This document shows, piece by piece, positions 1 through 11,623 of a DNA stretch of 64,000 bases; the stretch's first letter is position 1; each line of letters starts with the position of its first letter. Source of the stretch: Malacoraja senta. Taxonomy: Eukaryota. The notes beneath the pieces are model-generated. The model did not search any database. It was given only the letters and a program-made list of their open reading frames with translations, and was not told the DNA's origin. The position numbers were made by a program, and so were the translations under genes. The DNA lies in assembly GCA_038087875.1 (NCBI GenBank), contig CM075995.1, positions 9,054,001 to 9,118,000 on the forward strand. Direction: 5' to 3'.

Positions 1-282
1 TCCACAGTCTCGTTTACCTTTGGGTTGCAGTACTCGTCAAACTGTATGATCATTGAACTCACTGTGGTCCTCGCTGAAGGGCTAGCACTCGACAAAGTCG
101 CCCAAAGTTCTCTGCCTTTTTTCTCCGATGAGATAGTTGAATAGCTTGACTTTTGTGGTCTCTTCGGCGTCTGGCATGGTAAGGTCTATGTACAGTGTGA
201 ACTCCTCCTTCCAACTTTTCCATGACTTCGCCAAGTTGTTGGAGTCCAAAACCAAAGTTCCAGGGGGTTTTAGCCCTTCCAT
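1..282 (-). CDS. gag: Ty3/Gypsy gag N-terminus (continues off the window; frameshift in T6 run at 117-122)
   Basis: MEGLKPPGTL..WKSWKEEFTLYI..KVKLFNYLIGEK; after removing one base it reads GRELWATL..QFDEYCNPKVNETVE, typical of fish Gypsy gag; lies downstream of LTR and PBS. Confidence 0.85.
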
Positions 283-400
283 CGCTGTCAGCTAGCTGTT
301 GTGTTTTTTTTTCTTTGCCGGCTTCTGTAAGGCTAACGTTAGCCTGCTGCTAGCTAGCTAAACTTTCACTTTTCTAGTTAAGTCTGATAATTTTCGACGT

Positions 401-415
401 CCACCGCTGCCACCA
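401..415 (-). promoter_or_regulatory. Primer binding site, tRNA-Leu(AAG/UAG)
   Basis: Minus strand TGGTGGCAGCGGTGG is complementary to the tRNA-Leu 3' end CCACCGCTGCCACCA and directly follows the LTR terminal CA. Confidence 0.85.
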
Positions 416-596
416 TGTTTCATTATGTTCTTGGTCTATCTGGACGATACATAATGGACGATTAAAGCAGTCTTGCTTACTTGAACTTTATTGTCTTTGT
501 GCAGCCATCATCCCAACTGGGCCGCGAGCCCGGTGTCACCTCTAAAACAGTCATCCGTACAACAGTACTTAAATAAACAATCCTATTGTTACAACA
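416..596 (-). mobile_element. Gypsy 5' LTR (181 bp)
   Basis: Minus strand TGTTGT...AAACA termini, AATAAA at 487-492, abuts PBS; CR1 ORF2 sequence resumes at 597. Confidence 0.8.
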
Positions 597-1858
597 TAGG
601 AGATTAGTGGGCAAAATTAGGGCACATGGTATTGGGGGTAGAGTGCTGACATGGATAGAGAAGTGGTTGGCAGACAGGAAATAAAGCGTAGGGATTAACG
701 GGACCCTTTCAGAATGGCAGGCAGTGACTAGTGGGGTACCGCAAGGCTCGGTGCTGGGACCGCAGATATTTACAATATACATCAATGATTTGGATGAAGG
801 GATTCAAAGCAACATTAGCAAATTTGCAGAGGTCACAAAGCTGGGTGGCAGTGTGAACTGTGAGGAGGATGCTATGAGAATGCAGGGTGACTTGGACAGG
901 TTGGGGGAGTGGGCAGATGACGTTTAATGTGGATAAATGTGAGGTTATCCACTTTGGTAGCAAAAACAGGAAGGCAGATTATTATCTAAATGGTGTCAAG
1001 TTGGGAAAAGGGGAAGCAAAATGGGATCTGGGAGTCCTTGTACATCAGTCTATGAAAGTAAGCATGCAGGTACAGCAGGCAGTGAAGAAAGCGAATGGCA
1101 TGTTAGCGGAGTCAGGGGATATGGGGAGAAGGCAGGAACGGGGTTCTGATTGGCGATGATCAGCCATGATCACATTGAATGGCGGTGCTGGCTCGAAGGG
1201 CCGAATGGCCTACTCCTACACCTATTGTCTATTGTCTATTCATAACAAGAGGAGTTGAGTATAGGAGCAAAGAGGTCTTTCTGCAGTTGTACAGGGCCCT
1301 AGTGAGACCACACCTGGAGTATTGTGTGCAGTTCTGGTCCCATAATTTGAGGAAGGACATTCTTGCTATTGAGGGAGTGCAGCATAGGTTCACAAGGTTA
1401 ATTCTCGGGATGGAAGGACTGTCATATGCTGAGAGAATGGAGCGGCTGGGCTTGTATACTCTGGACAGAAAGATGAGAGGGAATCTTATTGAAACATATA
1501 AGATTATTCAGGGTTTGAACACGCTAGAGGCAGGAAACATGTTCCCGATGTTGGGGGAGTCCAGAAACAGGGGCCACTATTTAAGAATAAGGGGTAAGCC
1601 ATTTAGAACGGAGACGAGGAAACACTTTTTCACACAGAGAGTTCTGGGGAATTCTCTGCCTCAGAGGGCGGTGGAAGCTAGTTCTCTGGATACTTTCAAG
1701 AGAGAGCTAGATAGGGCTCTTGAAGATAGCGGAGTCAGGGGATATGGGGAGAAGGCAGGAGTGGGGTACTGATTGGGGATGATCAGCCATGATCACATTG
1801 CATGGCGGTGCTGGCTTGAAGGGCTGAATGGCCTGCTCCTGCACCTATTGTCTATTGT
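597..1858 (+). mobile_element. CR1 LINE ORF2 3' part, with a nested CR1 3'-end fragment at ~1107-1240
   Basis: [28 protein letters not shown]-type motifs; (CTATTGT)n tail. Confidence 0.93.
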
Positions 1859-2021
1859 GATTAGCAAGGGTGTCAGGGGTTATGGGGAGAAGGTGGGAGA
1901 ATGAGGTTGAGAAGGAGATATAGATCAACAATGATTGAATGGCAGAGTAGACATAATGGGCCGAATGGCCTAATTCTGCTACAAGAACTAAGCAGCTTAT
2001 AGGATGATGATCCACAATAGG

Positions 2022-2602
2022 ATTAGGAGTAAAGAGGTCCTTGTGCAGTTGGACAGGGGCCTAGTGAGACCATACCTGGAGTATTGTGTGCATCCTTGCT
2101 GTTGAGGGAGTGCAGCGTAGGTTCACCAGGTTAATTCCTGCGATGGCTTGACTGTCATATGAGGAAAGATTGGAAAGACTGGGCTTGTATTCACTGCAAT
2201 TTAGAAGGATGAGAGGGAATCTTATAGAAACATAAAATTATAAAAGGACTGGACACGCTAGGTGCAGGAAACATTTTCCCAATGTTGGGGGAGGTCCAGA
2301 ACCAGGGGCCACCATCTCAGAATAAAGGGGAGGCCATTTAAAATTGATGTGAGAAAAACCTTTTTCACCCAGGGAGTTGTGAATTTGTGGAATTCTCTGC
2401 CACAGAAGGCAGTGGAGGACAATTCACTGGATGAATTAAAAATAGAGTTAGATAGAGCTCTTGGAGCTAGCGGAGTCATGGGGTATGGGGAGAAGGCAGG
2501 CACGGGGTACTGATTGTGGATGATCAGCCATGATCACAATGAATGGCGGTGCTGGCTCGAAGGGCCGAATGGCCTCCTCCTGCACCTATTTTCTATGTTT
2601 CT
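2022..2602 (+). mobile_element. CR1 3' fragment, (TTTCTATG)n-tail subfamily
   Basis: RTRGH..LWNSLPQKAVE..GYGEKAGTGY; GGCCGAATGGCC stem-loop before tail. Confidence 0.9.
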
Positions 2603-2817
2603 GTAGTCACCAACAGAAAGGAAACCGGCATCTTTTTGTCTACAAAAAGGCACAGTTTAAACCTTTCTCCTGATGAAGGAACATCTGCCTGAAATGTTAA
2701 CTCGGTTTCTCTTCCCACACAAAGTAACCTGAGCTTCTGAGTGTTTCCAACAATAATTTTTTTATTTTACATCTGTGCTGCAGTCATTCTGCATGAAGCT
2801 CAAAATGAAGAAATTGG

Positions 2818-3275
2818 TCTAGTTTAGTTTAGGTCAGAGATTCAGCGCGGAAACAGGCCCTTCGGCCCACCAAGTCCGCGTCGACCAGTGTGATCCCCAT
2901 ACACAAGCACTATCCCACACACACTAGGGATAATTTACATTCTTTACCGAAACTGATTAACCTACACACCCGTACGTCTTTGGACTGTGGGAGGAAACGG
3001 GAGCACCCGGTGAAAACCCACATCTATAAATTAATAACCGTTATACCAGTTAAAATAAAAGATTTTATGCACATAAGACAGTCCAAAGTAGTTTATCAAA
3101 GGACACAAGATGCTGGAGTAACTCAACGAGTCAGGCAGTCTCTCTGGAGAACATGGATACGTGATGGGGCAGCACAGTGGTGCAGCGGTAGAGTTGCTGC
3201 CTTACAGTCCAGAGACCCGCGTTCGATTCTGATTATGGGATACTGTCTGGATGGAGTTTGTAAGTTCTCCCCGTG
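2818..3275. mobile_element. HE1/V-SINE fragments (2818-3022 -, 3165-3275 +) and Penelope terminal piece
   Basis: A-box TGGTGCAGCGG, B-box GTTCGATT, (CTAAA)n tail. Confidence 0.8.
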
Positions 3276-3423
3276 CTGCATCCTCTAAACTCTTAAAGAT
3301 GATGATTCAAGTCGGGACGCTTCTTGGGACTTCACAGTTGAGGTTAGTGTTGTGTAGTGTTCAAGAGGCTGATGATTGTTGGGAAGAAGCTGTACTTAAA
3401 CTTGAGATAGTCACAAAATACTG

Positions 3424-4193
3424 GGTTCCAACGGATGGCGCTTCGATGGCTAGTCTGTCTGTCCTTTTCGCCTTTTTTTTTGTTATTAGTGTGTTAAAAA
3501 AGTATGTATTAATGTTCCCTGGTTTGTTTTATGTGGGGGGTGGGCGAGGGGGGTCGGGGGAAACTTTTTTCAATCACTCACCTTGCCGTAGATGCGATTG
3601 TTTTCTGGGTCGCTTCTCCGGTCGCTCTGCGGCCTAACATCGTGGAGCTGGAGGCCTCGCTCGGGACTGACTTTGAGCCCCACCGCGGGGCCGTGGACTT
3701 ACCATCGGAGCCGATCCCTTGCCTGGGATCGACGCTCCAACCGCGGCCTGCGGTCTTTAACATCAAGGAGCTCGCAGTCTCGGGTAAGAGGCCGACGTCG
3801 GGAAACTCCAAAAGCCGCACGGCGTTCGACTAGCTCTGACCCAGGGTCAGGTCGCCCGGCGCGGGGCAGCTGAGAATCCCCCCCCCCCACCGCCCCCGAT
3901 GCAGGAGCTTGATCGACCCGACGAGGAGGCCCGCCGCCGGCTACGGGAGTAAGATCGTCCCGTCAACGGAAGGTTAGAGGCCCCCGACCGCTGGAGGACA
4001 AAGAAGGGAAGAGATTGAACTTTTTTTCGCCTTCCATCACAGTGAGGAATGTGGAGGAGTCACTGTGGTGGATGTTTATGTTAAAATGTATTTTGTGTGT
4101 TCTGTTGCTTTTTATTGGTATGACTGTATGGCAAATGAAATTCCTCGTATGTTGCAAAACATACTTGGCTAATAAAGTATGATTATGATTATG
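3424..4193 (+). mobile_element. GC-rich non-autonomous retroposon with Rex1-type 3' tail
   Basis: Alignable by eye to 48882-49721; ends ...catacttggctaataaa(gtatgatt)n-like; no consistent ORF. Confidence 0.7.
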
Positions 4194-4416
4194 ATACTTG
4201 AGTAACGCAGCGGGTCAGGTAGCATCTCTGGAGAAAAGGAATAGGTGATATTTCTGGTTGAGACCCTTCTTCAGACCTTGAACCTGGCGGTTACAGTTTT
4301 CGGGCTCTTGGTCCTTCCCAATAGTAGGAGCGAAATGAATCGGGTCTATACTCGAAAATGTTGATCTGTATTTCATATATGCTGACTGATTTGTCTATTG
4401 ATATTTTCTGTCACAG

Positions 4417-4542
4417 TCTTGGAAAACATATCTCTTCCAAACCTTCAAAGCACTGGATTCAAAAGTGAAACCAATAAGATGTAAAGATTATTTTTTTTTA
4501 AAAAGCTACTGGTATTTCAGTGGTTGGATTTCACTGTCTCGC
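4417..4542 (+). CDS. Candidate host-gene exon (126 nt, phase 0-0), product unknown
   Basis: ctgac branch + ttttctgtcacag acceptor, donor gtgagt; open frame SWKTYLFQTFKALDSKVKPIRCKDYFFLKSYWYFSGWISLSR in a non-repetitive island. Confidence 0.4.
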
Positions 4543-5098
4543 GTGAGTAGACGTGGCCATGAGTTGAGCTGGGTGATATGCTATTTATACTAGTCAAGAA
4601 AAGCTGTGGTGAAAGAAATGACGGAGGTTGTCAGTTTCTATCAGACCCTGACAATATTTTGTTTCAACAATATTTTATCCAAGTTTTGAAATGGCGCCGA
4701 TTAAGAATTATTAAACAATGTACGACAAGTACCAACTTGAATGAACATCTTAGAGTCATACAGCGTGGAAACGGGCTCTTCAGCCCAACTTACCCATGCC
4801 GACCAACATGCCCCATCTACGCTGGTCCCACCTGTCTGCGTTTGGCCCATATCTCTCTAAACCTATCCTATCCATGTACCTGTCCAAATGTCTCTTAAAC
4901 ATTATGATAGTAACTGCGTCAATTACCCCCTCCGTGGATTGGTTCATACACTCAGCACCTCCATAAGATCACCGCTTAAGTCTCCTGTGTTCCAAGGATT
5001 AAAGTCCTAGCCAGCACAACCTCTTCCTATAGCTCAGGCCCTTGAGTCCGGGCAACATCCATGTTAATCTTCTCTGCACTCTTTTCAGTTTATCCTTC

Positions 5099-5806
5099 CA
5101 TGGGTGGAAATCCCAGGGGGGGACAGGGGACACACGTCCTCTCCATGTTTTGAGAGGTGGGGGACAATCCCCCCAAATGTTTTGTAATCCGGATTTTTAA
5201 ATTCGGTGAAAAAAAAGTCTATTAAAAATCTCCGCTTTCCGCGAGACAGTAGGGGTGGGACTGATGATCGAGGGCGCCGATTGGACGACAGAGACATCAG
5301 TCAGCAGGCAGTGGAGTGGGGGGGGACATGATGATTCAGCACGATGATTGGAGGAGGGAGGTGTCGGTCAGAGGTGGAAGTAGGGGGGTGGGACTGAGGA
5401 TAGTGCGCGATGATTGGAGGAGGGAGACGTCCTGGTGGATCGGCCCGTTCGCGGGGCCTTTCATCGCCCGGCACGGCGTGGCGTGGCTTAAATCGGCCGC
5501 GGGATCTTCCATCGCCCCGCGGTCAAATTGCTGCGTCGAGGCGATCGAGGCTCCCAATGTTGAAGCCCCCGCCAGGCAATGGAAGATCCCGCGGCCGGTT
5601 TTAAACCGCGCCGGGCGATGAAAGGCCCCACGAACGGGCCGATTGAAGCCCCACGATTCGGGGCGGACGAAGCTGCTGTTGCTGGAGTTCGGAGTCGGTC
5701 ACCAACCAGGTCAGCTCCTGATATTATTGTCCGAAGGGCCCACGGCCGAATCCTCGCATGTGTGTGTGTGTGTCCCCCCATGTTTTGATAGCGATTTCCA
5801 CCCCTG
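5099..5806. mobile_element. Non-autonomous hAT element
   Basis: TIRs catgggtggaaatc / gatttccacccctg; perfect 8-bp TSD tatccttc; inserted in a minus-strand CR1 fragment. Confidence 0.88.
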
Positions 5807-6039
5807 TATCCTTCCTATAGTAGGGTGACCAAAACTGAACTCCCAACTCCAAGTATGGCTTCACCAACGTCTTGTACAACTGTACATAACCTAGCCTGTC
5901 CAACCACATCCCTTAGTTCAGGTTCTTGAGTCCTGGCAACATTGCTGTAAAACTTTTCTGCACTCTTAAGTTAAATACAAAGTGCTGGCTCTGCACCATT
6001 TCCACCTCAATACAAATGCAATATTAGCATTTATTTTAG

Positions 6040-7089
6040 AAACATAGAAAACAGGTGCAGGAGTAGACCATTGGGCCCTTTGAACCAGCACCGCCATTCA
6101 AAGATTGGAAAGACTGCGATTGGTATTCACTGGAATTTAGAAGGATGAGAGAATATCTTATAGAAAAGTATAAAATTATAAAAGGACTGGACAAGCTGGA
6201 TGCAGGAAAAATGTTCCCAATGATGGGGGATAAATGTTCCCAAAAAAGGCAGTAGAGGCCAATTCACTGGATGAATTTAAAAGAGAGTTAGATAGAGCTT
6301 TAGGGGCTAGCGGAATCAAGGGATATGGGAGAAGGCAGGCACGGGTTACTGATTGTGGACGATTGGCCATAATCACAATGAATGGCAGTGCAGGCTCAAA
6401 GGGCCAAATGGCCTGCTCCTGCACCTATTTTCTATGTTTCTATGTTTCAACATGATCATGGCTGATGATCAGTACCCTGTTCCTGCTTTCTCCCCATATC
6501 CCTTGATTCCGTTAGCCCTAAGAGCTCTTTCTAACTCTCTCCTGAATACATCCAGTGAATCGGCCTCCACTGTCTTCTGTGGCAGAGAATTCCACAGATT
6601 CACAACTCTCTGGGTGAAAAAGTTTTTCCTCATCTCAGTGCTAAATGGCCTAGCCCTTATTCTGAATGTATTCTTTATTTTGAGGGAACTTGAGTATAAA
6701 AACAGGGATGTAGTGTTGAGGCTTTATAAGAATGATATGCTGGCATTGGAGAGGGTCCAGAGGAGCTTTATGACAATGATCCCTGGAATGTGTGGGTTTG
6801 ACGGCACTGGGCCTGTACTCGCTGGAGTTTAGAAGGATAAAGGGGGGGGGGACCTCATTGAAACTTACCGAATAGTGAAAGGCCTGGATATAGTGGATAT
6901 GGAGAGGATGTTTCCACTAGTGGGAGAGTCCAGGACTAGACCAGAATAAAGAACGTACCTTCAAACAGGAGATGAGGGAGGGTTCTTTAGTCAGAGGGTG
7001 GTGAATCTGTGGAATTCACTGCCATAGGGGGCTGTGGAGGCCGTTATGGGTATTTTTAAGGTGAAGATTGACAGATTGACATTGATTAG
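6040..7089. mobile_element. Cluster of CR1 3' fragments in both orientations
   Basis: Repeated CR1 C-terminal/3'UTR motifs; tail-to-tail pair at 6243-6662. Confidence 0.85.
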
Positions 7090-7222
7090 TGATGGTCCAT
7101 GGGGAGGAACGAATGCCACCTGAACACGTCGTGGTCTGATCAACCACGGCTGGGTCGCCTGGGCGAGGGTGTCTGATGCTGAAAGACCCGAAACACCCAA
7201 TGACCCCCGGGTTACATCACTG

Positions 7223-7224
<2 letters not shown>
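7090..7224 (+). mobile_element. HERO-like (RLE-type LINE) 3' end
   Basis: gggtcgcctgggcgagggtgtctgatg..gaaagacccgaaacacccaatgacc..acatcactgat resembles the HERO 3'UTR as I recall it; abuts (AAT)n. Confidence 0.6.
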
Positions 7225-7256
<32 letters not shown>

Positions 7257-7432
7257 CTTTATTGATCCCCTCAGGGAAATTCAGATGTCCAGAAGCCAAC
7301 AACCAACAAACCCACACATTCAGAACAAAAGCAGACAAAAATAACATAAAATACAATATGGACAATACCTGAAAGCAATAAATACTTAAAAAGACCCAAT
7401 AATTAACTATTAAAAATGCAAAGCACCCCCAC
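7222..7432 (-). mobile_element. Rex1/Babar 3' UTR with (TTA)n tail
   Basis: Minus strand gaatttccctgaggggatcaataaagta(tta)n. Confidence 0.7.
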
Positions 7433-7740
7433 ATGATGTGTTCAGGAGCATCAATAGATATATTTTTTTATCAATCAGGGTTTCAAAGGTTCTGGGGAGA
7501 AGGCAGGAGAATGGGGTTGAGAGGGAAAGACAGATCAGTAATGGACTCTATGGGCCGAATGACTCCTATGACTTATGGAACGTATGAAGGGCATCTCTCC
7601 TATAATATAAATTAATACATTTATTTTGTTACAGATTAATAAAATAATGAAACTTTACTTTGATTTGTGAAGTAGTGAGTATTTTAAGATCAATATCAGC
7701 TACTGGAGTCAGTCATTGGGCCTATAGCAATGATTCAGGT

Positions 7741-8455
7741 TAGAAACATAGAAACATAGAAAATAGGTGCTGGAGGAGGCCATTCGGCCCTTCGAGCCAG
7801 CACCGCCATTCATTGTGATCATGGCTGATCGTCCCCAATCAATAAACCGTGCCTGCCCTCTCCCCATATCTCCTGATTCCACTAGCCCCTAGAGCTCTAT
7901 CTAACTCTATCTATCTGACCACACATTTCACTGTACCAACTGGTACATGTGACAAATAAATGTATCTTGTATCTTGTAACACTCTCTTAAATCCATCCAG
8001 TGATTTGGCCTCCACTGTCCTCTGTGGCAGGGAATTCCACAAATTCACAACTCTGGGTGAAAATGTTTTTTCTCACCTCAGTCTTATATGGCCTCCCATT
8101 TATTCTAAGACTGTGGCCCCTGGTTCTGGACTCGCCCAACATTGGGAACGTTTTTCCTGCATCTAGCTTGTCCAGTCCTTTTATAATGTTATATGTTTCT
8201 ATAAGATCCCTCCCTCATCCTTCTAAACTCCAGTGAATACAAGCCTAGTCTTTTCAATCTTTCCTCATATATTCCCCGCCATCCCAGGGATCAACCTCGT
8301 GAACCTACGCTGCACTGCCTCAATCACAAGGATGTCCTTCCTCAAATTAGGACACCAAAACTGTACGCAATACTCCAGATGTGGTCTTACCAGAGCCCTA
8401 TACAACTGCAGAAGAACCTCTTTACTCCTATACTGAAATCCTCTTGTTATGAAGT
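7741..8455 (-). mobile_element. CR1 3' fragment
   Basis: [18 protein letters not shown]; (TTTCTATG)n tail. Confidence 0.9.
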
Positions 8456-8749
8456 TGTAAAACAAATTTAAGCAAGTTGTGCTGCCAAACACAATATATA
8501 ATCTTACTTAATCCTATAATCTTGTTCAGCATTTTAAATAAGGAAACCTTTATTAGCTTGTTGCTTTTTGGCAGTTTGTGAACATAAGGGTAGGTAGATA
8601 ATATTTCCTAACATTTCTGTCTTAATACCCATGACAAAAAGCATATGTGCCTAAAATGGAAAATATTTGACCAAAATGACCCATGTTTGTGATTTGGCTT
8701 GTCGTTCTGCAGCGGTGAAAAAGACCATTCATTCCCATTATAGTTTATT

Positions 8750-9250
8750 TCAAGTCAAGAGTGTTTTATTGTCATATGTCCCAGATAGAACAATAAAATT
8801 CTTACTTGCAGCAGCACAACAGAATATGTAAACATAGTAGACTGTAAATTAATATAATTAACGAGAGAATATATACTCACAAATACACACACGCACACAT
8901 ATGTACACACAAAAAAACTAACAGTAAAAGTGCGATATTAACAATAATTGTCAATGTAGTTCAGAGGTTATTTGGAGGTTGTAATGTTTAATAGCCTGAT
9001 GGCTGTGGGGAAGAGGCTGTTCCTGAACCTGGACGTTACAGTTTTCAGGCTCCTGTACCTTCTTCCCGATGGCAGGGGTGAGATGAGTGTGTGGCCAGGA
9101 TGGTGTGGGTCTCTGATGATGCTGGCTGCCTTTTTGAGGCAGCGATTCCTGTAGATCCCTTCGATGGTGGGGAGGTCAGTACCCGTGATGGACCGGGACA
9201 GTGGTCACAACATTTTGCATTTTTCTTCGCTACTGGGCGTTCGGGTTGCC
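8750..9250 (-). mobile_element. Rex1/Babar 3' fragment
   Basis: CLKKAASII.DPHHPGH..LPSGRRYRSL..FFP motif. Confidence 0.85.
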
Positions 9251-9692
9251 GATCCAGGCCACGATGCAACCACTGCACCATTTCTGTCATTAAGTAGGAA
9301 TGGTCCACAGTTTCTCTTTAAAATATTCTATTTAGGAAGCAAAATTGTTTGCAAAGATCTAACATCTGTGCCACACCTCAGCGATGCCATCTGAGGTCAT
9401 GGGGAGAAGGCAGGGGAATGGGGTTGAGAGGGTAAAAATAGATCAGCCGTGATCAAATGACGGAGCAAACTCGATGGGCCCAATGGCCTAATTCTGCTCC
9501 GATATCTTATGATACCAGTCGTATGATACCAACTTTCCTCTGTCCAAACAGCACTTCCTGTATTAGAGTCAGAAGATGGGTACCAACACGAAACGTCACT
9601 GGTCCATGTTCTCCAGAGACGCTGCCAGACCACTGATGTAGTTTAGTGTCGTTTATTATTATCACGTGTACTGACGCACAGTGGAACATTTT

Positions 9693-10224
9693 TGGCCCTA
9701 GTGAGACCACACCTGGAGTATTGAGTGCAGCTTAGGTTTACAAGGTTAATTTCCGGGATGGCGGGACTGTCATATGCTGAGAGAATGGAGCGGCTGGGCT
9801 TGTACACTCTGGAGTTTAGAAGGATGAGAGGGCATCTCATTGAAACATATAAGATTGTTAAGGGATTGGACACATTAGAGGCAGGAAACATGTTCCCGAT
9901 GTTGGGGGAGTCCAGAACCAGGGGCCACAGTTTAAGAATAAGGAGTAAGCCATTTAGAACGGAGACGAGGAAACACTTTTTCTCACAGAGAGTGGTGAGT
10001 CTGTGGAATTCTTTACCTCAGAGGGTGGTGGAGGCAGGTTCTCTGGATGCTTTTAAGAGAGAGCTAGATAGGGCTCTTAAAATAGTGGAGTCAGGGGATA
10101 TGGGGAGAAGGCAGGAACGGGGTACTGATTGGGGATGATCAGCCATGATCACTTTGAATGGCGGTGCTGGCTCGAAGGGCCGAATGGCCTACTCCTGCAC
10201 CTATTGTCTATTGTCTATTGTCTA
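9693..10224 (+). mobile_element. CR1 3' fragment
   Basis: ORF 9725-10138; (CTATTGT)n tail. Confidence 0.9.
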
Positions 10225-10392
10225 CAAACTTGCACAACTTTGGAGTGTGGGAGGAAACCGGAGCACCCAGAGAAAACCCACGCAGGTCACTGGGAGAACG
10301 TACAAACTCCGTACAGACAGCACCCGAAGTCAGGATGGAACCCGGGTCTCCGGCGCTGTGAGGCATCAACTCTACCCGCTGCGCCACCGTGC
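10225..10392 (-). mobile_element. HE1 SINE 5' part
   Basis: tRNA-like head cacggtggcgcagcgg..cccgggttccatcc. Confidence 0.85.
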
Positions 10393-10562
10393 GGTCCTTG
10401 CATTCTCTCTATCCACTGTTCTCACCCCCACCAGGTTTCACCTTGAATACCTCTGGCTTCTGACCCCACTTTAAATTCAAGCCATCAGTGCATTGCCACA
10501 AAGATCTACTCATGAATTACCATTGTAACAGCAGAAGGTCAAATGCATTAAAGAATCCAATG

Positions 10563-10946
10563 TATACTGGGCTTGTACACTCTGGAGTTTAGAAGGATGA
10601 GAGGGCATCTTATTGAAACATATAAGATTATTAAGGTTTTGGACACGCTAGAGGCAGGAAACATGTTCCCCATGTTGGGGGAGTCCAGAACCAGGGACCA
10701 CAGTTTAAGAATAAGGAGTAAGCCATTTAGAACGGAGACGAGGAAACACTTTTTCTCACAGAGAATGGTGAGTCTGTGGAATTCTCTGCTAGATAGCGCT
10801 CCTAAAAATAGCGGAGTCAGGGGATATGGGGAGAAGGCAGGAACGGGTAATGATTGGGGATGATCAGCCATGATCACATTGAATGGCGGTGCTAGCTCAA
10901 AGGGCCGAATGGCCTGCTCCTGCACCTATTGTCCATTGCCTATTGT
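10563..10946 (+). mobile_element. CR1 3' fragment
   Basis: ORF 10573-10863 plus CR1 tail. Confidence 0.9.
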
Positions 10947-11041
10947 AAGGCTTTGACAAAGATTAAACTGGCCTGAAGATGGCGCTAATAGACACTGAGT
11001 GTTAACCTGCGGCCATGTTCAGCATATAAGGCAGTCACGAT

Positions 11042-11075
11042 CAAAGATACTACAGGAGCTCCTCTAGTATCTTTG
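11042..11075. mobile_element. 34-bp palindromic hAT-like micro-element
   Basis: caaagatactacaggag|ctcctctagtatctttg (1 mismatch); flanks gtcacgat / gtcactat. Confidence 0.7.
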
Positions 11076-11218
11076 GTCACTATGTATTTGAGTTTAGTTT
11101 ATTGTCACGTGTACTGAGTTACAGTGAAAAGCATTTTGTTGCGTGCTAACTAGTCAGTGGAAAAACAATACATGATTACAATCAAGCCGTTCACAGTGTA
11201 CAGATACATGATAAAGGG

Positions 11219-11623
11219 CAGGGGCGGAAAACCGGGGGGGCCAGAGGGACACGTCCCCCCCCCCTATGTTTTGAGTGGTAGGGGACATCCCCCCCAAGTT
11301 TTTGTGATCCGTATTTTAAAATCTCCGCTTTCCGTGAGACTGCTGATCGAGGGCGCGATGATTGGAGGAGGGAGGGAGTGGGCGGGGGGGGGGTGGGACT
11401 GAGGATTGAGCGCGGCGATTGGAGGAGGGAGACGTGGCACAGACCTGCGCCTCATCCGCAGGCGGGAATCGATCCCGGCCGGGTCTCCGGCGCTGTCCCG
11501 AGTGCCCCCCCACCCCCGCGGCGGCAGAGGGGTCGGGAGTCAGACGCGTGTGTGTGAGTGTGCGCATGCCAAAAAATTTTGTCCGCCGTCCCCTCCATGT
11601 TTTGATAGCGAGTTCCGCTCTTG
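11219..11623. mobile_element. Non-autonomous hAT element related to 5099-5806
   Basis: caggggcggaa / ttccgctcttg termini; perfect 8-bp TSD ataaaggg. Confidence 0.88.

Noticed and set aside
3531..3890. Overlapping ORFs in GC-rich elements (also 49000-49575, 5316-5828)
   Set aside because: Stop-poor GC-rich sequence; no frame is conserved between family copies
7635..7738. Coding exon
   Set aside because: Plausible splice sites but stops in all three frames; mentioned only as a possible pseudo-exon
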